Assembly (NCBI RefSeq): GCF_006345805.1
Contig: NC_043002.1
Span: forward strand, 108,314,001-108,378,000
Length of the DNA: 64,000 bases
Reading direction: 5' to 3'
From: Octopus sinensis
Lineage: Eukaryota
The notes beneath the pieces are model-generated. The model made no database searches, was not told the DNA's origin, and worked only from the letters and a program-made list of their open reading frames with translations. Positions 12,732 through 25,450 of the stretch are shown here, in pieces. Both the position numbers and the translations under genes were made by a program. The stretch's first letter is position 1. The number at the start of each line of letters is the position of its first letter.

Positions 12732-13104
12732 TCTTTATATATAAAAGTCAAGTTGTGTGTCTGTCTCCTACGATTTAGATTCCTAACTACTCCCACATTT
12801 TGCGGTGCAGTGTAACCAAAAGCGTCGAGCCCTTCTGGGTATTAGCGCATGTCTACGATGAGTCTACGATTTTAAAAATAATTTACCATCATTTTTTTCC
12901 ATTTTAATGCATTTTTTCGCTATTATATAAGGGAAGTAACTCTCTAAAAATGTCTATGATGAGTCAACGATTTAAAAAAAAATTACCATCATTTTTTTTC
13001 CATTTTTAATGCATTTTTTTGCTATTTTTTGGCTACAACTCTCTAAAAATGCTTATATAGTTATTTCCCTTACAAACCCGAGCAATGCCGGGCGATACTG
13101 CTAG
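12732..13104 (+). mobile_element. Non-autonomous Helitron with internal ~100-bp tandem duplication
   Basis: A|TC...CCCGAGCAATGCCGGG...CTAG|T; homologous to 8608-8903. Confidence 0.85.
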
Positions 13105-14458
13105 TACAGTAATAAAAGAAAATGCATGTGTATGCATGTGTGCACGCACGCATGTCCATGCATATATATAACTATAAGGGAAGATGAAAAGCCTAGGTGG
13201 ACAATGCCATGTAGAACACAACTGCTAAACTATTCAGTTCGACTTTGCAGTAGAGATTGTGCTTTGTTTGTCCACATTAAAGATAAAAGATGGGGTGGTC
13301 ATGGGTGGAACATTTGTCAGGTCTGACAGAGGCAAAACACCCACAACAAAAGTAACCTACTTAGTGTAGCTGCCAAATCTCTTCAAATGGAAGGCTTGAC
13401 TATTTTTAGAAATAAGGAATATCTGTTATTGAGTCACCCGTCTTGGAAGAAAACAACAAAACATTTGACCAAATCTTGTTTGATTGGCTATCCTTGCTGA
13501 CCCTGAAAGAATGAAACAATGAAGTGGGATCTGAGGGAGATTTCATTGCTATTTCTAGCAGCTCATAACAGCTACCTCTTATCACAGCCAATTGGTTTAA
13601 AAAAAGGATTAAGAAAAAGATAAGATGATCCTACATACCCTTAAAAAAGCAGGATGGTCATATTTGAAATGCTTTTGACCAAAGCCTGCCAGATCAAGGA
13701 TGACCTGGGGTTAAAATACACCAATAACTACAACAGCTGCTGCTACATCACCACAACAATAACAATAACAATGGGCCCTGATTTAGGCACAAGGCCAACA
13801 ATTTTGAGGGTTGGGTTAGTCGACACCACTGACCCTAGTATTTGACGGGTAATATATTTGGGGCAAGCTGGCAGAAACGTTAGCACGCCGGGCAAAATAC
13901 TTTGCAGTATTTCGTCTGCCATTACGTTCTGAGTTCATATTCTGCTGAGGTTGACTTTACTTTTTATCCTTTTGGGGTCAATTAAATCCCCACACTTTAT
14001 GACTGTCTCTGCATTGTCCCCAGCATCTCTCGCCCTGGTGGTAAACCATCCAAGCTCAATGCATAAGACCATAGCTTCTAGAGTCAGTGGGGCAGAGACA
14101 GCTGGAGTCGATGTAATGTCTGTCCTTATTTGTCCCCTCTATGTTTAGCCCTTGTGGGCAATAAAGACATATATATATTGTGGACCTTAAAAAGGATAAA
14201 GGACAAAATTGACCTCAGGGGGTAAAGAATCAGAAGAAATATCACAAAATTATTTCCAACCCAGTCACCAAGGACATACATTTTAGAGGGGAGGGGTTGT
14301 TGACCAGTCACTTATTTTATTGACCCTAAAAGACTTAAAGACAAAGTTAATGTCGGTAGGATTTGAACTTGAACAGAAATGAATTGTATACTGTAAGGCA
14401 TTTTCATTGGCACTAATAATAGTGCCAATCTATTACATTCGTAATAATAATAATAATC

Positions 14459-14700
14459 TTTTCTACTATAGGCTCAAGGCCTGAAATGTATGGGGAGGAG
14501 GCCAGTTGATTAAATCAACCCTAGTACACAACTGGTACTTAATTTATTGACACCCAAAAGGATGAAAGGCAAAGTTGACTCCGGCGGAATCAACTTTTCC
14601 TTTCATCCTTTCAGGGTTGATAAATTAAGTACCAGTTGCATACTGGAGTCGATCTAATTGAATGGACCACTCCCCAAAAATTTCGAGCCTTGTGCCTAAT
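14459..14700. repeat. Head-to-head inverted pair of SINE B 3' halves (foldback)
   Basis: Minus-strand copy 14459-14579 joined through a ~12-nt spacer to plus-strand copy ~14591-14700. Confidence 0.75.
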
Positions 14701-14799
14701 AATAATAATAAGAAGAAGAAGAAGAAGAAGAGAAGAAGAAGAAGAAGAAGAAGAAGAAGAAGAAGAAGAAGAAGAAGAAGAAGAAGAAAATGAAGAAGA

Positions 14800-15803
14800 C
14801 AAATCCCTTCAGGTAGATGGCCCTACTCGATCTGTAGAAAAGGTGTAGGTAGAAACTCCATAAGATGTACCTCTCAAAGGTAAATACCCAAAGAGAGATA
14901 ATAATTTCAATGTTGACAAGGTTCTTACCCATCAATGGTTAGTGTTTTCTGGCTTAAAATCAGAGACAGAAGGGTTTATCATAACAGCTCAAGATCAATG
15001 CCTACCTACAAGGAACTACCAGGCCAACATATTAAAGAACAGCAGTAGCCCAATATGTCGTGTATGTCAACAACGAAATGAAACCATTGATCATGTTGTC
15101 TCCATGTGCAGTCTTCTTGTGCCCACAGAGTATCTTAACAGGCATGATAGAGCTGCACAATACACTCACTGGGTAATTTGTTAAAACCTGTACCTATCCC
15201 ATGATAAAAACTGATGGGAACACAAACCACCTCCAGTGCTTGAAAATGATCACATCTCACTCTTCTGGAACTTCACCATTCAAACTGACAGAAAAATGGA
15301 TGCAAATAGGCCAGACATTATATTGAAAGACTTCAGACAAAAATCATGCCTCCTCATTGATATGACTGTCCCAATCGACATAAATGTATCTGTCAAGACC
15401 TACCAAAAGCTGAGCAAGTATAAGGATCTTGAAATAGAAATCAGCAAAATGTGGAGCCTGAAGACTAAAACAATACCTGTTGTCATAGGTGCCCTGAGAA
15501 TGATTGCAAAAGGGGCTGATTGCTACCTAGCTCAGATACCAGGAAACCCCAAAATGGCAGAAATTCAAAAGATAGTGCTCGTGGGAACTGCCCATATCCT
15601 ACACAAAATACTTTCTATGTAATCTCAAGTTTTTAAACAAACTCATAATTTTCTTGTGTTTTCTTAAACATTCTCTAGAACAATACTATGTACAAAACCA
15701 AATATATGGCACCCTAGGTATAATACCAACTTGAACTTCTAACTTGTTGTCTCTTGAGATCTCTGGGTGAGACTTGGAGTCAAATACAAAGCAAAAGTCA
15801 AAC
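14800..15803 (+). mobile_element. Dong/R4-clade non-LTR retrotransposon, 5'-truncated pseudogenised 3' portion (zinc knuckle + restriction-like endonuclease)
   Basis: CRVC..ETIDHVVSMC (CCHC), RHD, RPDII..IDMTVP (PD-D), KLSKYKDL, IPVVIGAL; two in-frame stops; 3' UTR followed directly by (TAA)n. Confidence 0.9.
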
Positions 15804-15870
<67 letters not shown>

Positions 15871-15877
15871 CAACAAT

Positions 15878-16075
15878 CCTTTCTACTATAGGCATAAGGC
15901 CTGAAATTTGGTGGGAGAAAACCAGTTCATTACATCAACCTTTGTGCATAACTGGTACCTATTTTATCAACCCTGAAAGAATGAAAGGCAAAGTTGACCT
16001 TGATGAAATTTGAACACAGAATGTGAAGACAAATGAAATACTGCTAAGCATTTCGCCCAGTGTGCTAACGATTTC
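15878..16075 (-). mobile_element. SINE family B
   Basis: Reverse complement of consensus. Confidence 0.75.
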
Positions 16076-16089
16076 TTAATAATAATAAT

Positions 16090-16291
16090 TCTTTTATTTG
16101 TTTCAGTCATTTGACTGCGGCCATGCTGGAGCACTGCTTTTAGTCGAACAAATCGACCCCAGGACTTATTCTTTGTAAGCCTAGTACTTATTCTATCAAC
16201 TTCTTTTTTGCTGAACCACTAAGTTATGGGAATGTAAACACACCAACATCAGTTGTCAAGTGATGGTGGGGGGACAAACGCAAACGCACAA

Positions 16292-16322
<31 letters not shown>

Positions 16323-16437
16323 CAACAGGCTTCTTTCAGTTTCTGTCTACCAAACCCACTCACAAGGCTTGCCCAATGTGCCACACAGTGGGACTGTAGC
16401 CGGAACCATGTGGTTGGTAAGCAAACTACTTACCACA
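16090..16437 (-). mobile_element. SINE family A with internal deletion
   Basis: Reverse complement of consensus. Confidence 0.75.
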
Positions 16438-16614
16438 ATATTAATAACAATAGTAATTCTTTCTACTAAAGTCACAAGGCCCGAAAGTTTGGGAAAAGGG
16501 GTCTGTTGATTACATCGGCCCCAGTGCTCAACAGTTACTTATTTCGTCAACCCCCCCAAAAAATGAAATGCAAAAATCAACATTGGTGACATTTGAATTC
16601 AGAGCAAATAATAA

Positions 16615-16704
<90 letters not shown>

Positions 16705-16706
<2 letters not shown>

Positions 16707-17260
16707 GCCCTGATGCAGTACCAGGCAGTGGTCTTGTGGCTTCTGATCTTAACTCATTGGAAGTGTTATCATGTACATTGTTTTGTCTTGGTATAAAAGA
16801 TGGGCTACAGCAAATATTCTGCTCAATACCACAGATTTACTTGTCAGTTGTTTGACCTTAACCAGTTGACCATGTCCCTTAGTGGCTGACGATATGTGCA
16901 CCTCTGATCACAAGCAGAAGTAGTGGGGGAGCATCATAGCCATGTGTTGAGACGGATTCTTTGGGGTTTGAATAATTCACCTTTGGAAACATGGGTGGTT
17001 CGTTCAACATCCTTAAATACTCCTTATTGAGGGACCTTTTGAGTGGGATGGGCTACTCAACCAGAAGAAAATTCTAACTGGGCCCCATCTGCAAGGTCAT
17101 GTGCTGTTTATCTTGATATGAGATCACCATGTCGCGCACATATGGTTGTGATGCATGTGCCTGGTGTACCCTTATCAGACGGATAGTTGTGATGGGTATA
17201 CTGGGCTTCGTATGTTTTACCCCAGTGTCACTTTGATAGCATGCACTGCTCTCTCACTCA
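16705..17260 (+). mobile_element. Family T, longest copy (~556 bp), non-coding, inserted in (TAA)n
   Basis: (TAA)n on both sides; ends GCATGCACTGCTCTCTCACTCA-(ATA)n. Confidence 0.78.
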
Positions 17261-17844
17261 ATAATAATAATAATAATCCATTCTACTACATATATTTCAT
17301 GAGATACAACAAATATACTATTATCCTCATTAATGGTAATGTGTTAAATGAGTTTTGTTTCAATGTCATAAAGTAGCCTCAGAACAAAAATCTATATTTT
17401 ATAACCAACACTGCAACCGATAAAAGTAAATACCATTTATATGCAGTGTCTTCATAGAACAGGAGAAATTAGTTTCCGTTTTGTGTTGGGATTTCTTCAA
17501 CAACCAGATGATCCCCTTTTTGTTAACTCTCCCCCGAGATATTGCTTATGAATCCACTTTTACACTAAAGTCATACATAAATGAAATCAACTGATTTGCA
17601 TATATAATGTATTCTTGCCAACTGGTTCGGTTAACACAATTACTGGAGCATGAACAGGATTTTGTTTCACTGCTAGACTAAGGACTATATCTAATTTTAG
17701 CCAACGCTGTCTGTAAAGAGAGCTATAAGCACCTTGTTTGTTAATGCACCACTAATTTAATCAACATTGCCATCAATATTGCGTTATATATACAAATCAG
17801 TCTATCTGATTTACCTAATTATCAGAATTATTTAATCTAATTTC

Positions 17845-18450
17845 ATATTATCTGATTTACACCACTGTTTTTCTCAAACGTTAAGTCTAATATTGCTAAT
17901 AACCTCTTAGTTTTAATAAGCATTTCCTTATTCAGCCACCATTGTAGAAAACTATTCAATAGAAACAATATTAAACTGACTTACTGCTTCACTACCACTA
18001 TGAAAAACTTAGTAATTTTAACTGATGATAACTGCACATGCAGAAACACAAATACATGTCTACTCAAGCAGATATGCAATGCTGAAACAATTATGTAAGA
18101 AACAGAAATCATCTCCACCTACAACAAACTTTAACATCAAGTGTAAAAACTATGCAGGTATGGAGAAAGCTCAATTTAAGCAACAATACTTCAACCAGAA
18201 CTCCTCTTTCTTAGAAAAGAAGAAATGCAATAAAACTATCTCATTGTCTGGAGTTTGAAAGAACTTGTTTCTCATTTGCATATCAAGTGAAAGATCCACT
18301 AGAGATGCCAATGATACAGAAATGAAGAAAAGCTGTGGGAAAAGATGTTTAGAGTTGAGAAGTACTTCATACTAAAACTTATCAATTATTCTGAAACCAC
18401 TTAAATGTTAAATCAGAAATCTTCATAAAATGTTGACATTTCTGTAAATA
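17845..18450 (+). pseudogene. Degenerate Penelope-like element, linker + GIY-YIG endonuclease region
   Basis: Frameshifted peptides VKSNIAN..KHF..KLFNRNNIKLTYC and KNYAGMEKAQFKQQYFNQNSSF resemble the PLE motifs FNRNTVKVSYSC and YIG...FKxRYxNHKSSF. Confidence 0.65.
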
Positions 18451-18793
18451 TCCACTGAAAAACTTAAAAAGAACTATAAAAAAAACTCCAACAAACTGAC
18501 TACATCAATACTTACAATTCAGCAGGAAAAGATCACATATTCTCTCTAATCCCTTTTTCAGTTCTTCAGTCTTAACCCCACAAACAGACACTCTTTATTT
18601 CATTATACTTTATAACAATATAGTCCGATACTCTTAATTAATCTTTACAAGCTTATTTCTGTATATAAAAATGGATCAGTATATAACTATTGAAACAATC
18701 ATACCTCCTCTATTTTCCTCTCTGTTCTCAAGTCACACTTGACAGCCTTGATAACACTTTACACTTTTTTCTTTTTAATTCTAATTTTTTAGT

Positions 18794-19030
18794 TCAGTAA
18801 TGGTGCAAATAAAGAACCACAGTATCAGAACCATTTTTGAAATTCTCATTATATAGGCTGCCTTTACCTGGAGCCTTGTTCTTCAGTTTGTGGCTCTCTT
18901 TATGTACTTCCAAGATGGTTGGTGCATCCAATTTCCATACGTAGAGAACAGAATCTGTAAAATCTCTGAGTAACTCTTTAGTAAATGAACCATGGTAGAG
19001 TAGGTTCACAAAAGGATCATACCTCTGACT
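18794..19030 (-). pseudogene. LINE (RTE-like) fragment upstream of the RT core
   Basis: PTILEVHKESHKLKNKAPGKGSLYNENFKNG resembles the LINE motif PT.EV...LKN.KAPG.D....E..K.G. Confidence 0.6.
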
Positions 19031-19699
19031 GAAGTGAGTCTGTAAGTTCAAAATCACTGCACCTTGACCATTAAAGATCATTTTGTTAGTTGATGGGCAG
19101 CAACCATTTTTGGAATCATTTGTAGTCAACTTTAAAAGCCGGTACAGTTTTCAGAATCCTTGATAGAAATTTTGTTGCTTCAAGTCTATAGTAACAATAT
19201 GCCAGTATTCATTTTATGGTATGCTGTGGCCTTTGCTCTCAGCAAGAAAGTTGATGTTGTGCTGGAAGACTACATCCCCTCAATTATCTTGGAGCAGCTA
19301 AAGGGGAGCTTATATAACATCTGTCAGTCTGGGATGGTAACAAGTGGAGGAAAAATTCTGCTGGCAAACATCTGAAGATGAGGTTTTGGAAGGTCTTGAA
19401 AATGATGGAGGAGGTCCTGGCAATCAAGTTCTTACTGATGAAGAAATTGTGAAGGAGGTTCTATGTAGCAAAGCAAGAGAAAAAGAAAGTTATAGCAGAA
19501 TGAACTAATGTATCTTAAATGAAGAATCTCAGACATAACTCTTTTATTTGTTTCAGTCATTTTACTGCGGCCATGCTGGAGCACCACCTTTAGTCAAGCA
19601 AATCGACCCCAGGACTTATTCTTTGTAAGCCTAGTACTTATTATAAAAAGGATTTCCAGCATACTTTTGAGGAAACGAAATTTTGGCCCTGTATATATA

Positions 19700-19900
19700 G
19701 TGAAGTCCCTAAAGAAAACAAGACAAAAGAGATAACACAGGTGGAATGGGACAAGTCTAATAAATATTGTATTAGTTTAAAGCTTTTAAAAAGAAGGAAA
19801 AAAGTTTTAATGTTTTGGACGTAAGTCCTTCATCAGAAGAAAATTAGAGGAAGAGTGCAAAAGAAAAAGTGGTTGAGGAGCAGGGATAAGAAGAAAAAAA
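19700..19900 (-). mobile_element. Penelope-like terminal-repeat remnant with decayed hammerhead motif
   Basis: Same layout as 38995-39217; minus strand CTGATGA-A-GGAC-TTAC-GTCC-aAAA. Confidence 0.45.
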
Positions 19901-20339
19901 CAGGTAAGGATGTAGGGTTCAGGTGTGAATATCGTTCTACAGGGAAGAGTTAACAAGGAAGGAAGAGGTAAATGTGTAAGCATACGTATAGGAGTGTATC
20001 ACTGTTGATATGAGTGTAGGTGAGAGAATGGTGTGTGTGTGTGTGTGTACCTGTATGGCTACGCTTGTATTAGTGTGTATTTATTAATGTGAAGCACACA
20101 TGCATGGGTGTGTGAGTTTTCTTCACTCAACAGCAGAACAATGATTAGCAATGAAATCAATTAGAAATGTGATTTATTAATTGCATTTCAATGTTGCCGA
20201 TATATTTCAAGTTAAGGGTGGATAGAGTTTATCTCGTAGATTTATTAGTGATTATCCTGGCTTCATTTCCTCAGTACCACCCAAAATTCAACAGGATAGA
20301 AGCTTAAAACGAGCATGACATGTATAAATAGATAAACGA

Positions 20340-20433
20340 ATATGCGTAGGTATGTGTTTGAGCACATGTACATGTGTGTGTATGTGTGTATACATACATA
20401 TATCTGTATATATACACACGCACACACAAACAT

Positions 20434-20478
<45 letters not shown>

Positions 20479-20500
20479 ATAAACACACACGCACAAACAT

Positions 20501-20546
<46 letters not shown>

Positions 20547-20971
20547 GCACAAACATAAAAATATATATATATATATGTACACACACACAAATATATATAT
20601 ATGTACACACACACAAACATACAAATATATATAAACACACACACAAACATACAAATATATATATATACACACTCACAAACATATATATACACACACACAC
20701 AACATACAAATGTATATAAACACACACACACAAACATACAAATATATATATACACACTCACAAACATATATATACACACACACACACACACTCATATGAA
20801 TCAAGTGTATTGGTTTTGCTGTATTTCCTGGTTAAACCAGTCACTTGTTGAGAAAATTGATGCAAAATACTTTTTAATACCTTGGTAGCATAAAAAACAG
20901 TGGAGTGGTTACATGCTACTACATCCTGATCTGTTACATCAAGAAACACACACCATAAATATGTATATCTA

Positions 20972-21003
<32 letters not shown>

Positions 21004-21250
21004 CACATACATGTACCGTAATCATGGATAGGTTTTTAACGTTTGAGAGATATGTTAAAACCATTTGAAATATTATCTGATAAGGAACTCCACACACACA
21101 CACGTGTACACACACATACATACACACACACAGAAACAAGTATGTACCTATGTATGCCTACGTACGTATATGCATACATGTTTCCTGTCATACACACACA
21201 CACACACATGTATGTATGATGCAAAGACCTGCAAACACACAAACATACAT
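20340..21250. repeat. Compound (TA)n/(CA)n microsatellite-minisatellite tract
   Basis: Repeated ACACACAAACATACAAATATATATAT units. Confidence 0.9.
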
Positions 21251-22069
21251 ACTTTCATTCATTCATTGGTTCAGAAATCTCCACCACCCCACCCTGATCA
21301 GTGAGGCAGACAGACAGACAAGCCAGTGGTTATTACAAAATGGTAAATAAAACTACACAGACACTGCTGTGTCAATGAGTCATTCCATCTATGATAAATA
21401 GGGTGGACTTTCAGAGAGGATCTGTGGTGCCATGTCTAGAAGAGCTGGGTGTTGTGGCTGATCAATTTGGCTGGGCCTGAAGCTCACTGGCTGACGACAA
21501 TGACTAGAGTCTTGATGGCTATCAAGATAAAGCTAGAAGAGTGAAATGTCTCCATAGGGTATGGAGGTTCTTGTATTACCAGTTCATGACAAGAAGGAGG
21601 CCTCTACATGGTTGACCAACTTGCTAAAAATAGCAGCCAAATCTATCTCAAACCACAGTAGCATCTTGGGGAAAAAAGAAATTGATAATGCCATCTTTGT
21701 TACAATAGGTCTGAGAAAAAAATAGATGGGATGCTCATGGCTGGAATGCCTTTGATCATAGGTCTGCTGATTCAGTGTTGATGGGGTGATCTAAACAACA
21801 ATATAAGTGATTCTCTATGCTGTCGTTTGACCTGCTAGAAATAGCACCCAATATCCTTCAAATTACATCCTTCAGTCTTGGATAAAGAAGAATGCATTGG
21901 AAAATGTAGTTGAATATGTACAAAGAACTGTGATGGTCATGGCTGGAACTTCATTGATCACAGGTTGGTTCAGGCAAGGTCTGGGCCCCTTCTCTAACAG
22001 GCATTGATCTAATATTACATTGGAATAAACAGAATGATATTAGATCATGTCCTTATGATACCAATTATT

Positions 22070-22240
22070 GATATAAGGGTAAGGAAAGCTCCTCAGAAGT
22101 TACTTCTCAGATGCTTAAAATATCTGGTGGTGTAAGATATGGCCTGGTCACCCACAGAGCCAATCAACTGTACATAAAGGAGTCATACCCAACAACTGTT
22201 GTCGGGGCATCATTGTCAACTGTTACAAGGTAAAGATGTT
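22070..22240 (+). pseudogene. RTE LINE RT N-terminal fragment
   Basis: KAP..VTSQMLKISGGV.YGLVTH...KGVIPNNCCRGIIVNCYK (frameshifted), typical of the region before the RT core. Confidence 0.6.
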
Positions 22241-23029
22241 TCTCAACAGAGGTTCGCAATGTGAGCAGTCCTGCCCCCAAGGGTGGCCATATGGAAGGTG
22301 ATGGTGAGGAGTTCGGGTGAGGTAACATAATTAACATACTAAATTTTACCCATAGTAGTAATTATATTATAATCCTAGTAAACCTAGTAATGGCTATTAA
22401 AATGAAATGAGATCTCAGGCACAAGGATGTCATTAACTTGCAATATTAGACTTACAAGTTTTGTCTTTATTAATCTTTTTATCATTTATAAATTATCGTC
22501 CATGTTAAGTAAGTTTAGTTGTGATACCTCGCTCACCACTTAGGTTGGGGCCAGACATAATATCTACTTAAAAAGGGGTGCTACAAAAGAAAAAAGCCAC
22601 TACTTTGGTGAGTAGAAATTAGAGTCATCCAATTGTTGGATCAAGTCGTGACAATCACAGAAAGGGTTATAGCTTGATTAAGAAGAGAGCTAAACCAGAT
22701 GAAATGAAACAAGTATGTGTCTTTGAAAGTACTCAATCAGTATGTATGATTGATGAAATATAAATGGGTGAGAGAAAAAACTGGGCATGTGAGGAAACAG
22801 ATGCAAGAGAGAAGACTGTTGGTATGGGTATGTGATGCATATGGATGAGGACAGCTGCATAGAGAAATGCTAATCATCTTCCACAGGTTCTGTCCACTGA
22901 AGGTGGAGACCCTGGAAGACAAGCGTTCACAGGCTGCTTCCTCATCTCCTAATCACTCATCCCCCATTACTCTTCTAACTACTACGTTATCTTGCTGCTG
23001 TTATTAGATGAGAGTGAAACTACATATAT

Positions 23030-23244
23030 CTTTTCTACTCTAGGCACAAGGCCTGAAATTTTGGGGGAGGGAGGGCCGTCAATCAGATCGACCCCCAGTA
23101 TGACACTGGTACTTGATTTAGTGACCCTGAAAAGATGAAAAGCAAAGTCGACCTCGGCGGAATTTGAACTCGGAACATAAAGACAGACGAAATATCACTA
23201 AGCATTTCGCCTAGCATGTTAACAATTCTGCCAGCTCACCACCT
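23030..23244 (-). mobile_element. SINE family B
   Basis: Reverse complement of consensus. Confidence 0.8.
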
Positions 23245-23507
23245 TAAGTGAAGCTACATAAATCATTATCCTTTATTGTGCTGCCAGTCATCACTTCCTC
23301 TCCCCTGAAACACTTCCTGTGATATCCATGCCCCATTCTTAACCAAACACCACCTCCCATTCATGTGCCATTCTCTTTACCCTGAGCCACTTCCTGTTAA
23401 TAGCCACACATCAGTCTTAACACCATCTCCTATCTACTACTGACCACCTCCACCTTTGTTGCCCCCTCCCACTCACTACATTCACCCCCTCCCACTTCTA
23501 TACATCT

Positions 23508-23716
23508 CTCTTTACTCTTTTACTTGTTTCAGTCATTTGACTGCGGCCATGCTGGAGCACCGCCTTTAATCGAGCAACTCGACCCCGGGACTTATTCTTT
23601 TGTAAGCCCAGTACTTATTCTATCGGTCTCTTTTGCCAAGCCGCTAAGTAACGGGGACATAAACACACCAGCTTCGGTTGTCAAGCAATGCTAGGGGGAC
23701 AAACACAGACACACAA

Positions 23717-23763
<47 letters not shown>

Positions 23764-23925
23764 TACGACGGGCTTCTTTCAGTTTCCATCTACCAAATCC
23801 ACTCACAAGGCTTTGGTCGGCCCGAGGCTATAGTAGAAGACACTTGCCCAAGGTGCCATGCAGTGGGACTGAACCCGGAACCATGTGGTTGGTAAACAAG
23901 CTACTTACCACACAGCCACTCCTGC
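23508..23925 (-). mobile_element. SINE family A, full length
   Basis: Reverse complement of consensus. Confidence 0.85.
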
Positions 23926-25069
23926 ACATTGCTCACTTTTCCCACCACAATCTTGAAATCTTTCCCCACCAATATGCTCCTTCCCACCTGTCATCCCCCT
24001 CCTCTCGCTCACCTCTCTCTCTCTCCTACTTTATTATTCTACCACTTGCACATGCACCCACACACACACATACACACACACACACACATACACACACAAT
24101 CAAGATAAATCATTTAACAAAATTCAACTTTGAAGAATTAAAGAATTAAATCACAAGAATCTTGCCAGAATTATAAGACTTTTAGAGGTAGTTTTTATGT
24201 GTTATTGTTGCTAGCCTGAGATCAACCCAAAGTAGATTGATAAATAAAAGACATTCAGGCCATGACCATCCCATCTTTTCTTCCTCATACACATTGAAAC
24301 CAAACTGACATTATCCAATGCAATGTCTTTTTTTATTTCTAAAACAATCAGCTATGAGCCAAGAAAATTTGGTAACTATTTCTAGCAGATCAAGCAACAG
24401 AACAGAGGTCCCTTCCTTAGTTTGTGCTGATCTTATGTGGATAAGATGCAAACTTTAGAACTACTCTGGTGCAGTTTGGCACCAATAAATGGTGTACCCT
24501 CTTTTTTACCCCTTCTTTTTCTGCAGATTTTTTTTAGTCCATAAATGGCTTTTTGCTCACACCCCTGCTGGCCAAACTAAATATTTGTTCTCAACCCATG
24601 CTGTTTACTTTAGAAAACAGTACACAGCAAGCTTATATATATATATATATATATATGTTAATAAAATAGAACATATGCATATATATAAACATATATGTAC
24701 GTACCTACCTCTACATGTACATATACACGCATATATGTGTACAGGACACCAAAAAGACGTCGAACACATAGAGAGACGAAAAACATAGACACAAACCAAG
24801 GAACAGGACAAGCAAAAAAGAAAAAAAGAGATACAGGACAATAAGCACAACGAAAAATCCCCTTCTTCAGTCGCTAAGGTTTCATCTACTCTACGTTTCG
24901 AAGGATATATATATATATCATCATCATCATCATTTAGCGTCCACTTTCCATGCTAGCATGGGTTGGACAGTTCAACTGGGGTCTGTGAAGCCAGAAGGCT
25001 GCATCAGGCCCAGTCTGATCTGGCAGTGTTTCTACGGCTGGATGCCCTTCCTAACGCCAACCACTCCGC

Positions 25070-25290
25070 AGTAAATTTTTTTCATCCTGTGCATATTTTT
25101 GAAGGCACCATCAACACCGAGAGAGAAATTGTTCAAATATCGTCTCTCCATTTGTAGGCCAAATCACTGAAAGTGAAATTGATAATGCATACTTTCAGCA
25201 AGATGGAGCTACAGCACATACTTCGCACATCACCTTTTAAATATTTATTTTGCAATAAAATATTTACTGCTGAGAGACTTTTTGAACACC

Positions 25291-25292
<2 letters not shown>
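25070..25292 (+). mobile_element. Deleted Tc1/mariner derivative
   Basis: Peptide AYFQQDGATAHTS and right-TIR-like end GACTTTTTGAACACCCAG. Confidence 0.65.
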
Positions 25293-25324
<32 letters not shown>

Positions 25325-25395
25325 CTAATGAAGGATAAAATTTTTTTTGAAAAAAATATATTCTTTTTCATCTCATTTATTTCTTTTTGCCACAT

Positions 25396-25450
25396 GTATC
25401 ACTGACGAAGGGAGGGCTGTTATAAGCTAACCCTGAAATCGGTCCGATAT
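25396..25450 (+). ncRNA. Minimal type I hammerhead ribozyme motif (PLE-type)
   Basis: Stem I GTATCA/CGATAT, CTGACGA, stem II AGGG/CCCT, GAAA, near-palindromic stem III ATCGGT, GUC cleavage triplet. Confidence 0.65.

Noticed and set aside
20288-21350. Many long ORFs rich in YI/HT/CV (also near 5400, 35000, 37600, 39200, 60100)
   Set aside because: Translations of stop-free (TA)n/(CA)n microsatellites; no coding signal.
23688-24149. Recurrent ORF MLGGQTQTHKH...GTEPGTMWLV that looks like a gene family
   Set aside because: Antisense reading of SINE family A; the frame is not conserved between copies.
24860-24905. Type II hammerhead on the minus strand (CGAAACGTA...CTGAAGA)
   Set aside because: The intervening sequence does not form stem I; at most remnants in a PLE-like terminal fragment.
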